Of a stretch of 64,000 nucleotides of DNA, positions 23,419-37,176 are shown piece by piece. Location of the stretch: contig OZ260666.1 of assembly GCA_965285935.1 (NCBI GenBank), forward strand, positions 48,670,001 through 48,734,000, read 5' to 3'. Positions within the stretch are counted from its first letter, which is position 1, and every line of letters begins with the position of its first letter. The notes under the pieces are model-generated. The model saw only the letters and a program-made list of their open reading frames with translations, was not told where the DNA came from and ran no database searches. The position numbers were made by a program, and so were the translations under genes. This stretch comes from Ophelia neglecta. Its lineage: Eukaryota.

Positions 23419-23619
23419 CAGTGGCGTATTCAGGGGGGGGGGAGCCCCGGGCCCGGACCAGGGCTTATTTCTGGACCAACGCAAGGTGGTTTCAGAGGGT
23501 TGGTAACGGGGACAATCCAGATATTTGCCCACTGTAGACATATTTGTTGGCAACAAATCATAGGTATGCCTTGGAAATGTTGGGCCCCCTCCCCCTCCCG
23601 AAATCTGGATCCGCCACTG
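23419..23619. mobile_element. 201-bp MITE (non-autonomous DNA transposon) with 15-bp TIRs and a 5-bp TSD
   Basis: The left end CAGTGGCGTATTCAG and right end CTGGATCCGCCACTG match 13/15 as inverted repeats. G-run and C-run subterminal sequences lie inside them. GTGAT directly flanks both ends (23414-23418 and 23620-23624). Confidence 0.88.
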
Positions 23620-26600
23620 GTGATGGAGTTGATACTCCGGATACGTTGCACCATGGTCACGTTTTGAGTGATCTCATTTATTATTTAAAGCTTGTTATTA
23701 TTAAGGAGTTGCTTTTCTTCAGTTGTAGCATTTTGCGGCAATGTAGTAAAAGGGTGGTTTGTTGCAATCACCTGCTGATTTGCTACTGCCTGCTGCACTG
23801 GCTGGTCAAGTCACTTGTCCATTCACTACAAGAACGGGGATAAATGACAGAATGACGTCTTGCTCAAACCGATACGTCGATTTTAGATCACATTCTCCTG
23901 ACATTTAACATATTGTAACAAGTTACATATGATGAAAATATGATCTCGCTAGCTAACGAGATACAAATATTAAATTTTGTCCGGCAAATGTTATTACGAT
24001 TGGTTGAACAAGAATAATAATGAATATCCTACATGATCTTGAACAAAATATCGTGACGTACATGCCCTGTCAAATGACAAGCTACGGGTCCGAAAAGATT
24101 GTCAGGTGGAAGCCGTGTATTACGTTATATATATGAATTAATTGTCTAGTTTTCCCTTGATGTTCATATTCGGCTGGTCTTGTAGTGGATTGAACATGCC
24201 AAATGTCAGTAAATCATTTGTCAGTGATTAACTGAATCATCCAAAAGTGCCCTCCAAGGCGCCGACATCAATCATTGTGTGTGATAAGGTTTTGTTAATA
24301 ATAGTTTTATGGATGACATTTATTCGTGTTTGTTTGGTTGTTAGATGAGCATCCAGCCATTATATCTCTAAAGGCTAGAAGAAGAAGTGGTCATACATAA
24401 AACAGGGAAAATAACCTGCTCTAGATTAGAAACCGAATGAAATGTAACGTGCAGGACAAGTGAGTCGTGCAGTCCGTATTTAAACTCGGACGTAAAGATC
24501 AATTAAAAGCTGACCACCGTGACGGTAGAAAACATGATATACGTTGAAGCAAGTAATATGCGACCCGATAAGATCAGGGCAATAATGTTCGTTTTCCATC
24601 TTATTTTATCCTATAGACATTAAATTTCCTCTGCAGAAGGTTTATGTTTTGAATGTGGGATAGGAAAAAGTAGGCTATTCCCTAGGCTCAAGGCGAGTCA
24701 ATGCACAATCATTGACTTTGTGTTTGGCTGTTCGTGTTTACGTTCTGGTTGTTACAGTTTTACATCTAGGCACTAAACTATAACAGTGGCTTTAAGTGAT
24801 CTGTTGCGCCCATCCTAGCTAAGGTACTTCCACTTAATACTAGCATAACTTCGTATGCACGGGTTCAATCACAATAAAAGTGTGACAGATTTAACTTATT
24901 TTGATTACATTGCCGAAATGAACTACATATTGTAGGTATCTTATATTCGCAATCATGAAATCCGTTTCTCTATAGACACATTCATCTTTAAATCGTTTCA
25001 TGGTCATGGTCCATTATATGGTCTCTCTTATGCAATTTTAAACATCGTACTACAACGACAATCTCTGACACGTTTGCTGTATGGTCTGACTAGCATACGA
25101 TATAGATCTTATTTGAATTGTGTTACCTTAAGGTTAAAAGATGACGGTTACTGTTTAATTTGGGCGGAATTAAAAGAGAATTTACGAATATTGTATTAAG
25201 TAGTTTGTCTTTATTGTGTCATACTTCATCAACATACTAAAATGGACAGATTATCCAGAAATTAGAAGTAAACAATGGGGACATTATGGCTTTAGTTGGG
25301 TGCCACTGTTATATATGCAAGATAAAGGAATATGAACAGATGGTAGCCTAAAAGAAAGGTTTCCCCGGACTTGTTCGGTTCCAGGTTTGCCATGGATCTG
25401 CTTTGAGCACGAACATGCCAAATTTCCAAATTATTTGGCCTAACTTTGAATCTTATAGAAAGGATGTTCGCACGACCCCTTCCCAGCATGCCAATGTATT
25501 TTGTTGGCTATATATTGGAATTCATCATCACACCTAACCGTGTCACACAACGTAGTTATAGCTACAATTCCCAACGTTTTAATTCAGAATAAGCCCATCA
25601 CAATTCAAAAGCAAAACCAGTAGCTGCAAATGGCACGTTCAAAACGCAGCAAAATCAGACGATAAAATAAAAAAGTTAGATGCTTCGTCGATACCTGTTG
25701 TAAATTTAGACGGACCCTTATTCCAAGAAATCACCATAACCGTCAACTGCTAGCCCATTTTTATATAAACAAGCCGAGCACTTTCATTTTCAGTGCAGTT
25801 GGATCCTCGTCAGAATATTGCCATTCCCACAAGACCAGGCCCCCAGCACAGGTTTATATTCCACCAATATTGACTAACAAAATAGTACTTTTCCCACTCC
25901 TCCCATATGCATCGTTTTTTTCTTAGGTATGAAAATAATATGATTTCCACACATGCTTGTTTGAGTGCCTTCTCTGGTTGACACTATTACAAAACTGTTT
26001 ACTCTACATGACAAAGAGCCATGGCATTCTAGAAAACAATTATCAAATTGTTTATATCATCGACCATGTGAGTAGTAAATTGTGTTCCATAATCAGCAAA
26101 ACATATACGACAATAAAAGCCTCTCTTCTAAATTTCACAATCGTCATTTATTCATAGTACGCGGCATTTTATTAATTGGGTAAACAGCTACGTGCCATAA
26201 AGGTACTTGTGCGTGTGTGTGCATGCTGTTTCATTTTCTATATTTTCGGGGTGGAGGGGGAGGCGAATAGCCCCGACAATTAACGAAGACCTATGCCTAC
26301 AATTATTAAAGAAGGAGCGTTCTTGGCGTTATATGGAGTCGTTGCCAACATTTTACATGGCGCCACAATCTTCATGAGTTTCAATATTAGGCCCAATAAA
26401 GTTTGTTTACAAGTTACAAGTTTACAATTAAGTTTTCAAGTTACATATATAAGTCACTGTTTTTAAAATGCCTGGCATCGACTCCCGTTTAATATTTCTT
26501 GCTTATGGTTGCTATACAGTATCTCTAGCCTCCTCTCGTGTCTATGTTCACTCTTCGTCAACCCTGCCTGTATGCTATAACCATTCTGGCGCCAACCAGC

Positions 26601-29600
26601 ATATATGCCTGCGGCGTCTTTTATAGTTTCGACAGAAGGGCTGTGACTTCCCAAGCGTTCCCCTTGCTCGGAGCTACACTTGTAATTACCAATCATTAAG
26701 GCCATCATCAACTTGGGCTTTTTCCTCTGATAAAATCTATTCAACGTCGCGTCAGAGCGTCGTCTTTGCCCTATAAGCTTGTAGCTTGATTTGGGCATTA
26801 TCTGACAAAGCACTTCCCAATTTAACTGATGGGTAAGTTTGTACTTATGGGAGTCCTTGCTAAGACGGACAGTCCCTGAATGCTACTAACGTTTTCCTAG
26901 CTTCGTATCTGCCGCATGGAGTAAATTTGACAAGGTGAATGGAGGGCTGGACTTATCTACTCTGGGCGCTGAATGTCATCACAAGTGTGGCCCTCTTCTA
27001 TACATGTCGGTCTATATACATAACTTTAATGATGTACAACGCAGTTTGCCATGTAAAATATACTTAAGCATGAAGTTCTTCGTATTGACCATTATTGGTG
27101 TGGAATCCATGCGAATCCTGACGGACCAAACTCTTAACAAAAGAAATGGACAGCGCGGGGAGGAGGGGTTGTCTCATCCCACTATCCCACTCTGAGTAGT
27201 TTGGATTAATATAACATGAACGTTTTTCTTGTATTTCACTTATTTAGTTATGTTACGTGATTTTTAGCTGTTTAGTTAAGTGGATGATAAAGACTTGTTT
27301 ATTTAATGTCCTGTAAGTCGAAAGTGATAAAGATGATTGACCTCACACGATGCGTCTTTTTTATTGTCAGCAAAATATACACACCGTAATCAGATGTCCT
27401 TCCTGTACAAGAAATGTTTCGGTAAGAGTAACACTATTTTATTAATCCTCGTTTTTGTAACTGCATGTGAAGTGACCCAGATGTTGTGCGCACTAAAGCA
27501 CCTCTTATAAATCATGCCGAAACACAAACATGACAAGGTCGCCCAAAATAAGAAAATACAATATTTGGTTTTGACTCGTGAACTTGTGATGAATATAAAA
27601 TTAAATAGATTTTTACTGACTAGCAGTTTATACTTGATAAATCGCTGTTTTTGTGTCTGAAAAAGCTTTCTGACAGACCAGTTTGCGCCTGAAGGGGGAA
27701 TGTTTTAAGCACCCAGTTATATAGATGTGATTTTAATGTGTTTTGCGAACCCGAAGTTTGTTCGGATCTTGAAAAATGGCAGCTACAATGATTAAGTGAT
27801 TGAGAGAGACGTATCGATGTTTTTTTCTTCCACGCCTCTGAGAAACGGAAGAAAGCGCTGCATGCTGAGATACTTTGATAACCTAAATTACAAGCCTGCC
27901 ATTATCTCCTGCTGCCTCACCTTTTAGTTTAGGTCTTTTTCCGAGAAAAAAATGCTGAAAGTGAAAGGAAGGCAGACATAATTTGTTCCAGGAAGTGAAA
28001 AACATACATATCGCAAAGCTGATCTTTCATAAATGCATTCCCAAGGAATTCAAATATTGGCGCAAATAAACAGCTGTTTTTAAGTTTGTTTCCTTGGTTA
28101 CGCAAAAGACCACACGTTTAAGTATGTTTTTTGGATTTGCCATAAACACTTATTTGAAAAAAATATTTTCATTTAGGTAACATGTTCGTTATTTTCTTGT
28201 ATCAAAGACTGTTTTCTGGATTCCCACACCACAAACTGTAATTATATAGTGGCGCTATATCAACAACAGTAAATGGCCGTGAATTCAAATAGCAGAAGAA
28301 CGGGCGACCGGTTTATACCAGAATACTTGTAGTAACTAGTACTTGAATTTAAACAAATACGTTTCCTCCTTATTTCAATTGATCATATTATTTTAAACTA
28401 TTGAAAAGTTAGCCCATGAGAGCCACGTTGTGCCTCCGCTAATCACCTTTCTTATGACGGGGAATATTAAAAAAGCCTGTGCCAAAACCAAATCACCAGC
28501 CAATAAATATCAGTAAACAAGCCTACATAGGTTCTGCTTTGCAATCTTGGGGATTGAATTAGGCTTCATATTTGTCAAAAATATTCGTCGGTAAGAGCAC
28601 AGACCAGGGAAATCGCCGAATTCCATGTGACTTTGGCCTACTAAGTAATCCTCGGAATGGAGTATCTAGACGGGCGGGTATGCTACTTTTAATGTATATA
28701 ATTTCATAGTGTCACTATGAAGTTGGCACTTTTGGTTATGTTGCCATCACAAGAGCAGAATTTCTATAGTATTTTCCCTCGAACAGAATCAACTGAAGCC
28801 TATGTTATGTTTCCATATGAATCGTATATGTATAGGTACGTTCCTATGGGAATTGCATCTGGCCAGCAATGGCCAAAACATAAGATGGTTACATACAAGA
28901 TAAAACTTAGGTTGATTATTGACAACGTCAATTTACCACATTCATGCAACGCACAGTAGCTATTGATTGAATGAACGTACTATCTTCATGGCACACTGAC
29001 AATTTCGACGTGAGAAGGTTCATTCTCCTTTGGATCTGCCGGAAAACAGGCCATTAGGGGGAAATCGTGAGACGTAATTGTGCCTCAGGCCCTAAAATCA
29101 ATGAGTGTAGGAATTCAGGAATACTCATCAGTTTCATCTGGAACATTTATCTTACATGGTCGGCGCATTGGAGCGCAAAAGGCTCAGAGTGAAAGTTTTC
29201 ATCAGCTTGGGTCTTTTGCGTTCGGTCATTGGCTAATCAGATAATGTTCAGCATCTTAAGTAAACATTGTATTGATTTTCTCTTGTTCTTGCAGAAAAGT
29301 ATCATGGGCCTAATTTAACGCGTGGCGTTTAAATCCACTTTTCGGAATGTGTGGCACAGAGATTAATATGTATACCATTTTCCGTCAGAGGCTGGAGTAC
29401 ACATTGGCAACTGAAGTGCAGTACTAATTAAGCAAACGAAAGAGAATCAACCAAAAAGTAGACTAGGCATAAATTCATACTAAATATGTTTTCTATTTTG
29501 TTTATGCATTGCAAACACATTGGCAAGCTTATTTAATCATTTCAACTTGCGTTCCTATATTTAGATGCAAAGAAATGCATGTGATAATATATGTTAATAA

Positions 29601-32600
29601 CTATGAACAAACTGAGTTGGCTTCCGTCTATGGTTTTTATTTCATATGCAGAAACAGAATGGATTTATTCCCGGATGACAGCCCATCCCAAGATGACATA
29701 GCCCACAATGCTCAAAGTAGATAAAGTCCGCCATACACGAGGTATTATTGAATTTACTGTTTACAACAGATATGAAGGCAGGACGCCCCTAAAAGCATTC
29801 CGAGATCGCATCTGTGATCAAGGAAATCTCTCAAATACTGACTTTATCCATTAGTCAAATTGAACAACTGGCTCATCGATTGTCGCCAAAAGACATCTAC
29901 TAGTGGCTGGAGGACAATGACATGTTACGCCCTGGGGGACAAATATGAAGATTTATCACATGAAGGAGCAACGAGATCAAAATTGTTCCAATTAATTATA
30001 AGTGCTTGCAATGTTTCTCCCCGGAAAAGCAAATCTTATTGTGAGTTAAGAAACCAGCTTCCTAACTTCTGTATTAAGACATTTAATTTAGTTTGGTTTC
30101 ATTAAACTGCTGTGTCTTTAAGGAATTTCTTACTATTGTATGTGTGTCTGTAGACGCTATAGACATTGAACATGTAGTGTCATCTGGATATTTGGAACCT
30201 CTCTCTATATATATCGGATATATACATATTTATAGTCCCCCAAGCTTACGTAATCAACTTGGTCGTCCTGTCTGATTGGTTACAATTACCCAGTGACACA
30301 GTTGTCATCGTAAAATGTCGCCAGGCGCAAAGACTGATTTTTTCACGCATTTACAGTTGATAAAGCTTCGTTATCAGATTCGTAGATATATTCTATAGGC
30401 CTACATCGCTTCACGGGTAGTCGGGCCGGTTTTCAAACAACCATTTTCATCAAGAAGTATCCAGTGGTTGACTTACTGGACTAACTGAACATTGTTTGTG
30501 TGTCTGTAGACGTACCCTGTGTCTGGCGTCCGACCTAGCGGTATTATTACCAGTGGCTTCAGACGTGTCTTATTTCATTTGAGATCTTTTATAAACTCGG
30601 ATTTGTTTCATTTTGTCGAGACTGAATTGTTATTTTTAGGAACATAAATGGTAATCTTCTTTGGTAACTTTATATGTGTATATAGTTACTTCCTTAAAAG
30701 CACTTATGAATACCGTAGTGCTTTTGAAAATTTTTCAAATGTGCACAATGGGAAAACTGTATTGTTTGTCTCGATAAAGAACCCAGTCAATATTGTGCAC
30801 CACTTATGGTTATTTTGGCCTCTTTTGACCACTGATATGTTTCGTTTTTAGTTTGTCTCCTATCGCCCAAAACTGTTGACAACATCCCATAACAAGTGTA
30901 ATCTTAGTTTAATTATTTGTAGATTTATTAATTCTTTGGTACCAAACTCGATTGTAGTAGAGGAACTTTACCAACCCATGTTTTGTATTTAACCTTGATC
31001 GCTCAATATCTATTTTCTGTTGATTATCTTCAACACTGTTTTTCTTATTGCTAATTTCGATCAGATTCAATGAACGGATGCTCTTAGTGAGTATAGGTGA
31101 GTATAGAAGGCTTTCATAACCATTTCCGAACACCGCTCCTTCCTGTTATACAGTGCAAACGTCCCAGAAGGGATCATTCGCCCTATTCGGGAGCTGCAGA
31201 GAAATTATTTTGAACGTATTCTAAATAATGTTCAACATCACTGAATGTCCTCACGAATTGCATAAACATTTCTTTAACTTCACGAACCCAGCTAGAATCC
31301 AGCGGGAACCCAAACCGAATCGTCATGATTGTTCTTCGAGAAACTTTCGGAACCCGAGACGTTTCGGTGTGACCGGGCCATACGGGACTAAAGGTATAAT
31401 GCCAATATTCACTTGGATGTTTGACCGAAAAACAAAGTATAACCATCAAAGTTCGAGATTGTTCACAATAAAGACTATTCATGAAACATGCCTATTTTAT
31501 GTCATTGGCCAAAACGTATTTTTTGAACCCACTTACGGTAATACCTATACATTACCTGTGCATTACCTTAAACACCAAGGAATGTTGCTGCCGGTTCACG
31601 CTGAAGCAGTCAACCAGCAGGCTATGAGCAAATCATGGCCTCATAATGGACTGTGTTCAGCAGTAAAAAATAAGGACAAAGGAATGGAGTGCCTGATACT
31701 TTGAACATCCAAATTTGCCTTTCAAGTCTGATCCAGCCAGAAGAAATAAACGGCGCCTGTCGCCGATTGATAAGGGCGGAATTGTCCGTGCCTCTTAAAG
31801 AGCGTGCCAGACTATAATCAGACCGGATATCAATGGGCTATATGCAGCATTAAACAACACCAGGCCTGTTCGTTAGAAACCATCTTATGTTAACCTAAAT
31901 AGATGGTATGTTGTAGAAACTACAAAGAAAATACTATACTGTATTTTGTATGAGATTGGCCGGAGATGGATCCTATATAAATTGATTTCTCGAACATACA
32001 TGTAGTGGACTCTATAAACTCAACTCAAATACACGATCGCGAACTCAAGGAAGTCAGCAGCTTAAGTGTCTGTCATTCTTCCTGTCTGATATAGATGGTA
32101 ATTTTTCCGGGAAAAGGGATATCTATGCATAGTAACTACAAAATATTCCCTAGATAGTTCGATGGCCAATTTAAGCCGACGTACCCGAGTCTGGCCACCA
32201 CAAGTATTGAAGGCCGATTGGAACATTGGTTTCGAGCAAGTAATGCTCTTGTTTCTGCATATATTAAAATACTCGTGTGGGCGATATATTCCCCCCGGAA
32301 CAGTAAATATTCTCTATTTCTTCGATGAGCTATACATGGTTATCTGATGCAGCTATATATAGCTTGTGTAATTCACAAAAGAAGAAAACATGCCTTTTAC
32401 ATCACTAGTTAACTCGGGGTCGATGATTCATCTATCTATCATTAACATTGTGGTTATTTTTATCGTGAAATATATATGGTTCAGTATTCTCAAATATTGA
32501 ATCTCTTACTCATGCATTGTGGGGAGGCTTAAGCAAAATAACGACTTACGCTTCCCCCTCATAGAGCTTGTATTTCAGCCCATGTAGAGGGAAACTAAAT

Positions 32601-35570
32601 GAACCATGTTCCGTTGGCATTCCGGTAGTGTGGCCTGAAGATAGTGGCTGCATTAAGTGTGCATAGAAGAGAGCCTTGCGTTCTCAATACGAACTCATAC
32701 TGTCCAGCCGAAAATAATTAACGTATACAAACATTGAACAATCCTATGGGCGTATCACGACTGTTCAAGATGTGGTGCAGGCTCACAAATATTACATTTC
32801 CATAATTTATTATTGTAAATAAAGCACAAATAGGCCACCATTTGTAATGAGACGACCTAATAATCAACGGTTTTCTATAGACAAACGAGAGATCCGTCAA
32901 CGTAAGGTGGAGGTGAAATATATGCTCTAGAATAACCCACGATAAACTAAATAATGAAAGACTACAGTTTCCAAGATTACCTAAAAATATCTGATGTAAA
33001 GGGTCCTAACAGTCTGCAGTGGAAACTAGTTTGATATATCCCCGCCAGGGCCCTATCTATTATTTCAACCGTGTGAAGTGAACCATTAACGATGTTATTG
33101 TGGATGGCCACAAACCTAACATATCGGCATGGAGCAGGTTTATGTGGCCCGTTTGGTGAGACTCACATTGTTGAAACTCTTGACCGCATCTCGTAGCAGA
33201 TGATGCAATATTTTGTGTTTCTTCCTCCAGTCGTTACGATCGTATCTAAAATAACAGACTAGTAAATGATGTGTGTGGGCCAGCTGGTGACCCTTTCTGA
33301 TGGTTACAGATCCATTAATTAGGTCATACAATACTACTGATATTGAATTGTCTGCCGGAAATCGATTCCCAAATATATTTTCAAATTTAAATGTCAGCGC
33401 TTTGGGAATTGCATGGGTGCAAGACTATGAACTGGGAACCGCACCCTCCCCACTCCCCCTCTCCCCTAAGCTTGCCTGTTTTTGGTATCACATTTAGACT
33501 CATTATAATAGTACGCTACAGAAAATGTCGAAATAAAAATAAATCTATCTATGTATCTCTAGGTGATATCATAGACGACCAGGTTGCAAGGGCACTAGAT
33601 AAAAAGGAACTTGTTACTTGGCAAGCATAAAAATTAGTCAAGGTAAAGCCGCAAGTAGGTAAAATTATTAAAACCCAGTCGCCATATCTATCTATCAATG
33701 ACAAGTTGTATTGTTTATTGTTCCGCAATGCATCAATCAACTCCATTGGAAAAGATTAAAGGTTTGCTTTTCACAGAGTAAATCTGACTTTTCGCAACTT
33801 GCTTATCTAATCTTAATCACCGTCTGGGAAATAAAGTCCTGGTAGGCCTACCTGATTTATGTATCAGCGTATGTATACAAACTGTGTATATTATTTATTT
33901 TACTGGCTAGAAACTCAAATGAATGTAAACGCGTTTTATGTAATGTTGTTTTACATTAGATTTTCTCTTCAATACTGACGCGTTTCCCGGAGGCGATGTT
34001 TCACATTTAACCAACGTTTTCGGCCGTTCGATGTTTAAGTTTGATGTTCTTTATCCGTTGAGTACAGCCCCTACCTGCTGACAGTTATGCATCCCAATGG
34101 GGAGTCGAAACTGTTCACTGCCTTGTGTAGTGCCAGCAGTTCTCTGTGTATCAGTGCCTGGTCTGTGCTTTGAAAGTAACATGCCATCCCACCTGATTAC
34201 TTGACAACGTTTCATAGCGAACAAATCGCCTCAGCCGAATTGAAAATTTCTTAGCAGATTGCTATGTAAGTGTCTTCTATAAATTTATTATTACTGAGGT
34301 CTAATGAAGAAAATAACTACTGCCATCATTTTAATACCTGAAACTATCAAATGACCAGAGGCGGGATAAATCGTGATCTTTATGGCGATTCCAATGGACT
34401 GAAATAGCGACACAGTTTTGATTTTAAGAATCTGCCAAAAAAAGGCCCGAGTTATATCTTTTAGTCAGCATCTACATTAATAGTGTGAAGAATCTCATCT
34501 GAACATGAAGTTGACTAATTAGAAACAAGTGAATTCCTGGCATAACGTAGTACATGTCCTGTAGTAATACATTGCTCATGCTGACGCTTAAGATTACACT
34601 CCTATATCCATTGGCGCAGACGAATGCCCAGAGGGAGGGCTTGCGACCAAGAACATGTGTATCTGGTGTTACGTTTGAAGCTTGAAACCCCCAGGTGTAG
34701 CGGGTTCATTATCTTGATTGAACCTGCCACTTCTTGTTGTGTGGTAGTTAGCATTATACTGTCATGTCGCAGCGTTAAATGCCTGTGGGCTCCAACGGCT
34801 CATAAGCATACAGATGAGACATGAAATGCCCAAAAAATTAACAAATCCCGCGACGAACTAGACTGTTGGCCGGATTATGTTTCGAATACCCAGTACATAT
34901 TTTCAGGTCTTATAAGCCGTTATCCATGCACCAAAGATGGGAATTATTTTAGTCTGGAGTGATTAAATCTATAGCCAAAATTATTAGCCTATCTCGATCC
35001 GCCTATGGTTGTGAAAGTTAACAACGAGAAACTTGGCTTGGAATTAAAATATTGTAATTTCATGACCAATATGAAAGTTGCATGTGTACCATACATATTG
35101 CAAATGCGTCCACCCCGATCCCTTCTTACTTGCACCACATAAAGCACAATTTTCGTTTTAACTACATGTATTATGCATCACAAGCAACAACACATAGCTC
35201 GTGTGTGCCTTTTTGAAAATCGTGTGTTAGAGTAATACACTCCGTCATACTGTCTAAAAAGAAGAACGCCAAAATGTATTAACCTTATCCCATGAAACAT
35301 TTGATCATAGTGTAAGCGCAATGTGTATTGCCTTGACTAATTTTATATAGTGGGTAGATGATGAAAGGGGGCACCAAGGTCACATCCACCTGCGAAAGCA
35401 ATCGCCAATCTAGCTAATTAGATCCTTTGTAATTTAATCCCGACCAGTGATCTTGATTCCTCCTTGTATCATAGGATAAAGTCGATACTAATTTCATTTG
35501 TTACAAAAAAAGGAAGGTAGTTACAATGCTTCTTTAGGTACCCTACCTGCCCCCTACTGAGTGGCAATCA

Positions 35571-35763
35571 AGTATACATGGCCTCTGTCTTGTTCTCTTT
35601 TTTCAATTATCAATAACGGCTCAAGGCAGCTCAGCGGGGCCTGGAACATCCTGCAGCGCTTCCATAATTATGGCTGAGCAACCAGGGCCATATATTGTAC
35701 TCATCTGAGAAGGATCAGTCATTGGGCACAGATAAGCATTATATATTGCTGAGGCACCAAGTC
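35571..35763. repeat. Old dispersed non-coding repeat, family A copy 1 (homologous to 41511-41702)
   Basis: Shared blocks AGTA.ACATGG, TTCAATTATCAATA, GCTCAGC.G.GCCTGGAACATC.TGCAGC, GAAGGATCA, GATAAGC and TGAGG; about 70% identity by eye. Confidence 0.8.
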
Positions 35764-37042
35764 TTCACTAGGGATATGCAAAGTCGAATATGCCTGAACT
35801 CTTCACAGACGGTATAAGACATGACCGGGCGTGTGTTCTTGAGGTATATTCATAGAGATCAGAGGGTTCCTTGTCGTACATATTTGATTCTGTTCAAGAT
35901 TTGGCACGCAACGTCAAAGGAGACGCATTGTTTTGGGTTATGATACCCGAAATTAACAATCGCAGGAAATTTAAACATCTAAGAATTTGCTTGTAAATGG
36001 TAACGATTGAATATAAATAAGGTTTCTTTTACCAACGAAATCATTCAAACTACCCTTCATACCAAATATTATCGACCAATTAGCAACAACTATGGTGCCA
36101 TCGTAAGCACAATCACGTGACTTTATTCTCCTTTAATTTTCTAAAATCTTATCCAGCACGCGTTGTTATATGAGGCTGTAATGAAGAGTATCTATGATAT
36201 TACAAGCGAGGCGTTTACTCACTTAGCACAATAATGAAATCATGGCTTAGAAATTTATATGTTGACAGTTTATAAACCATGCTGCATTGCTTTAAAATGA
36301 TTTGAAAATGTGCTTCATATTTTTTTCTTCTAACCATTTTGTGTAAGGAAACCTTGCAAATTACGACAACATGTGTATTATATTCTATGCATCAGAGTAG
36401 AAACATCCAGCCTGCATGTTACTCCTTGCGATTATTGCCGCGTGTTTCTAACCTTATTAGGTTTTCACAAAATCCAGAACGGAAATATATCTTAACAAGT
36501 AAAGCCCCTTTACTTTCACTTGTCACAAAAAACGTTTAAAAGTCAGCCATCTTACTTTCACACATTATCTATATATCTATATTAAACATGTTGTAGTAAC
36601 TACCAATCCGTTATAACATTTTCGTTTATTCTATCTCAACGCACAGAAAGTGGCTACATATGTGGTGTAATCTATAGTTAAACATCGCCGTTTATAACTA
36701 ATAGGTGTGTGTAAGAGTATGCCTCAACACCTTTCTATCAATTAAGGATTATTGTCGAATCAATCTTTTTAACGTAGCAGGAAATAATATACGGTCTTGG
36801 AATCGCTCGGGATGGCGCTAACCCAGCCACTAGCGAGGATTTGTCCCGTTTGTGCCGTTAAATCTTGCATCTTTCGTTTTTAGTTCCATACTGACTGTAG
36901 TCGCTTTAAGGGTTTGCTACCCTTGTACAAGTAGACCTTGGGTTTTAGCAATTGTGGAAGGGGTTTAATGCGCATTTATACACTGCGAGAACACCATAAA
37001 TAGTGCAGGCATTCTCTTGATTTTTCTAATACTAACATACAG

Positions 37043-37176
37043 TACTTCCATCATTGACTTCACCCGACATCTAAATGGTGGTTCAGCCTGCCCTGGGAAC
37101 GAGGTCCTACACCAGAATGTGATCAGTTGTGCTCTTGTCTTCTTGCAGTGTACTATTCAGCCGCCATGCCTCAATC
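37043..37176. repeat. Old dispersed non-coding repeat, family B copy 1 (homologous to 43516-43684)
   Basis: TACTT.CATCATTGACTTCA (19/20), AATGGT, TTCAGCCTGC, TGATCA, TTC.TGCAGT.TAC.ATT.AG and TCAATC are shared in the same order. Confidence 0.72.

Noticed and set aside
25478-25575. TTCCCAGCATGC and CTACAATTCCCA resembling ZNF143/Staf-associated promoter motifs (also near 63524)
   Set aside because: Partial, separated matches with no adjacent gene start.
31183-31704. 158-aa plus-strand ORF and overlapping 99-aa minus-strand ORF
   Set aside because: No recognisable motif or splice context. The DNA looks like the interior of a non-coding repeat, but I could not define termini.
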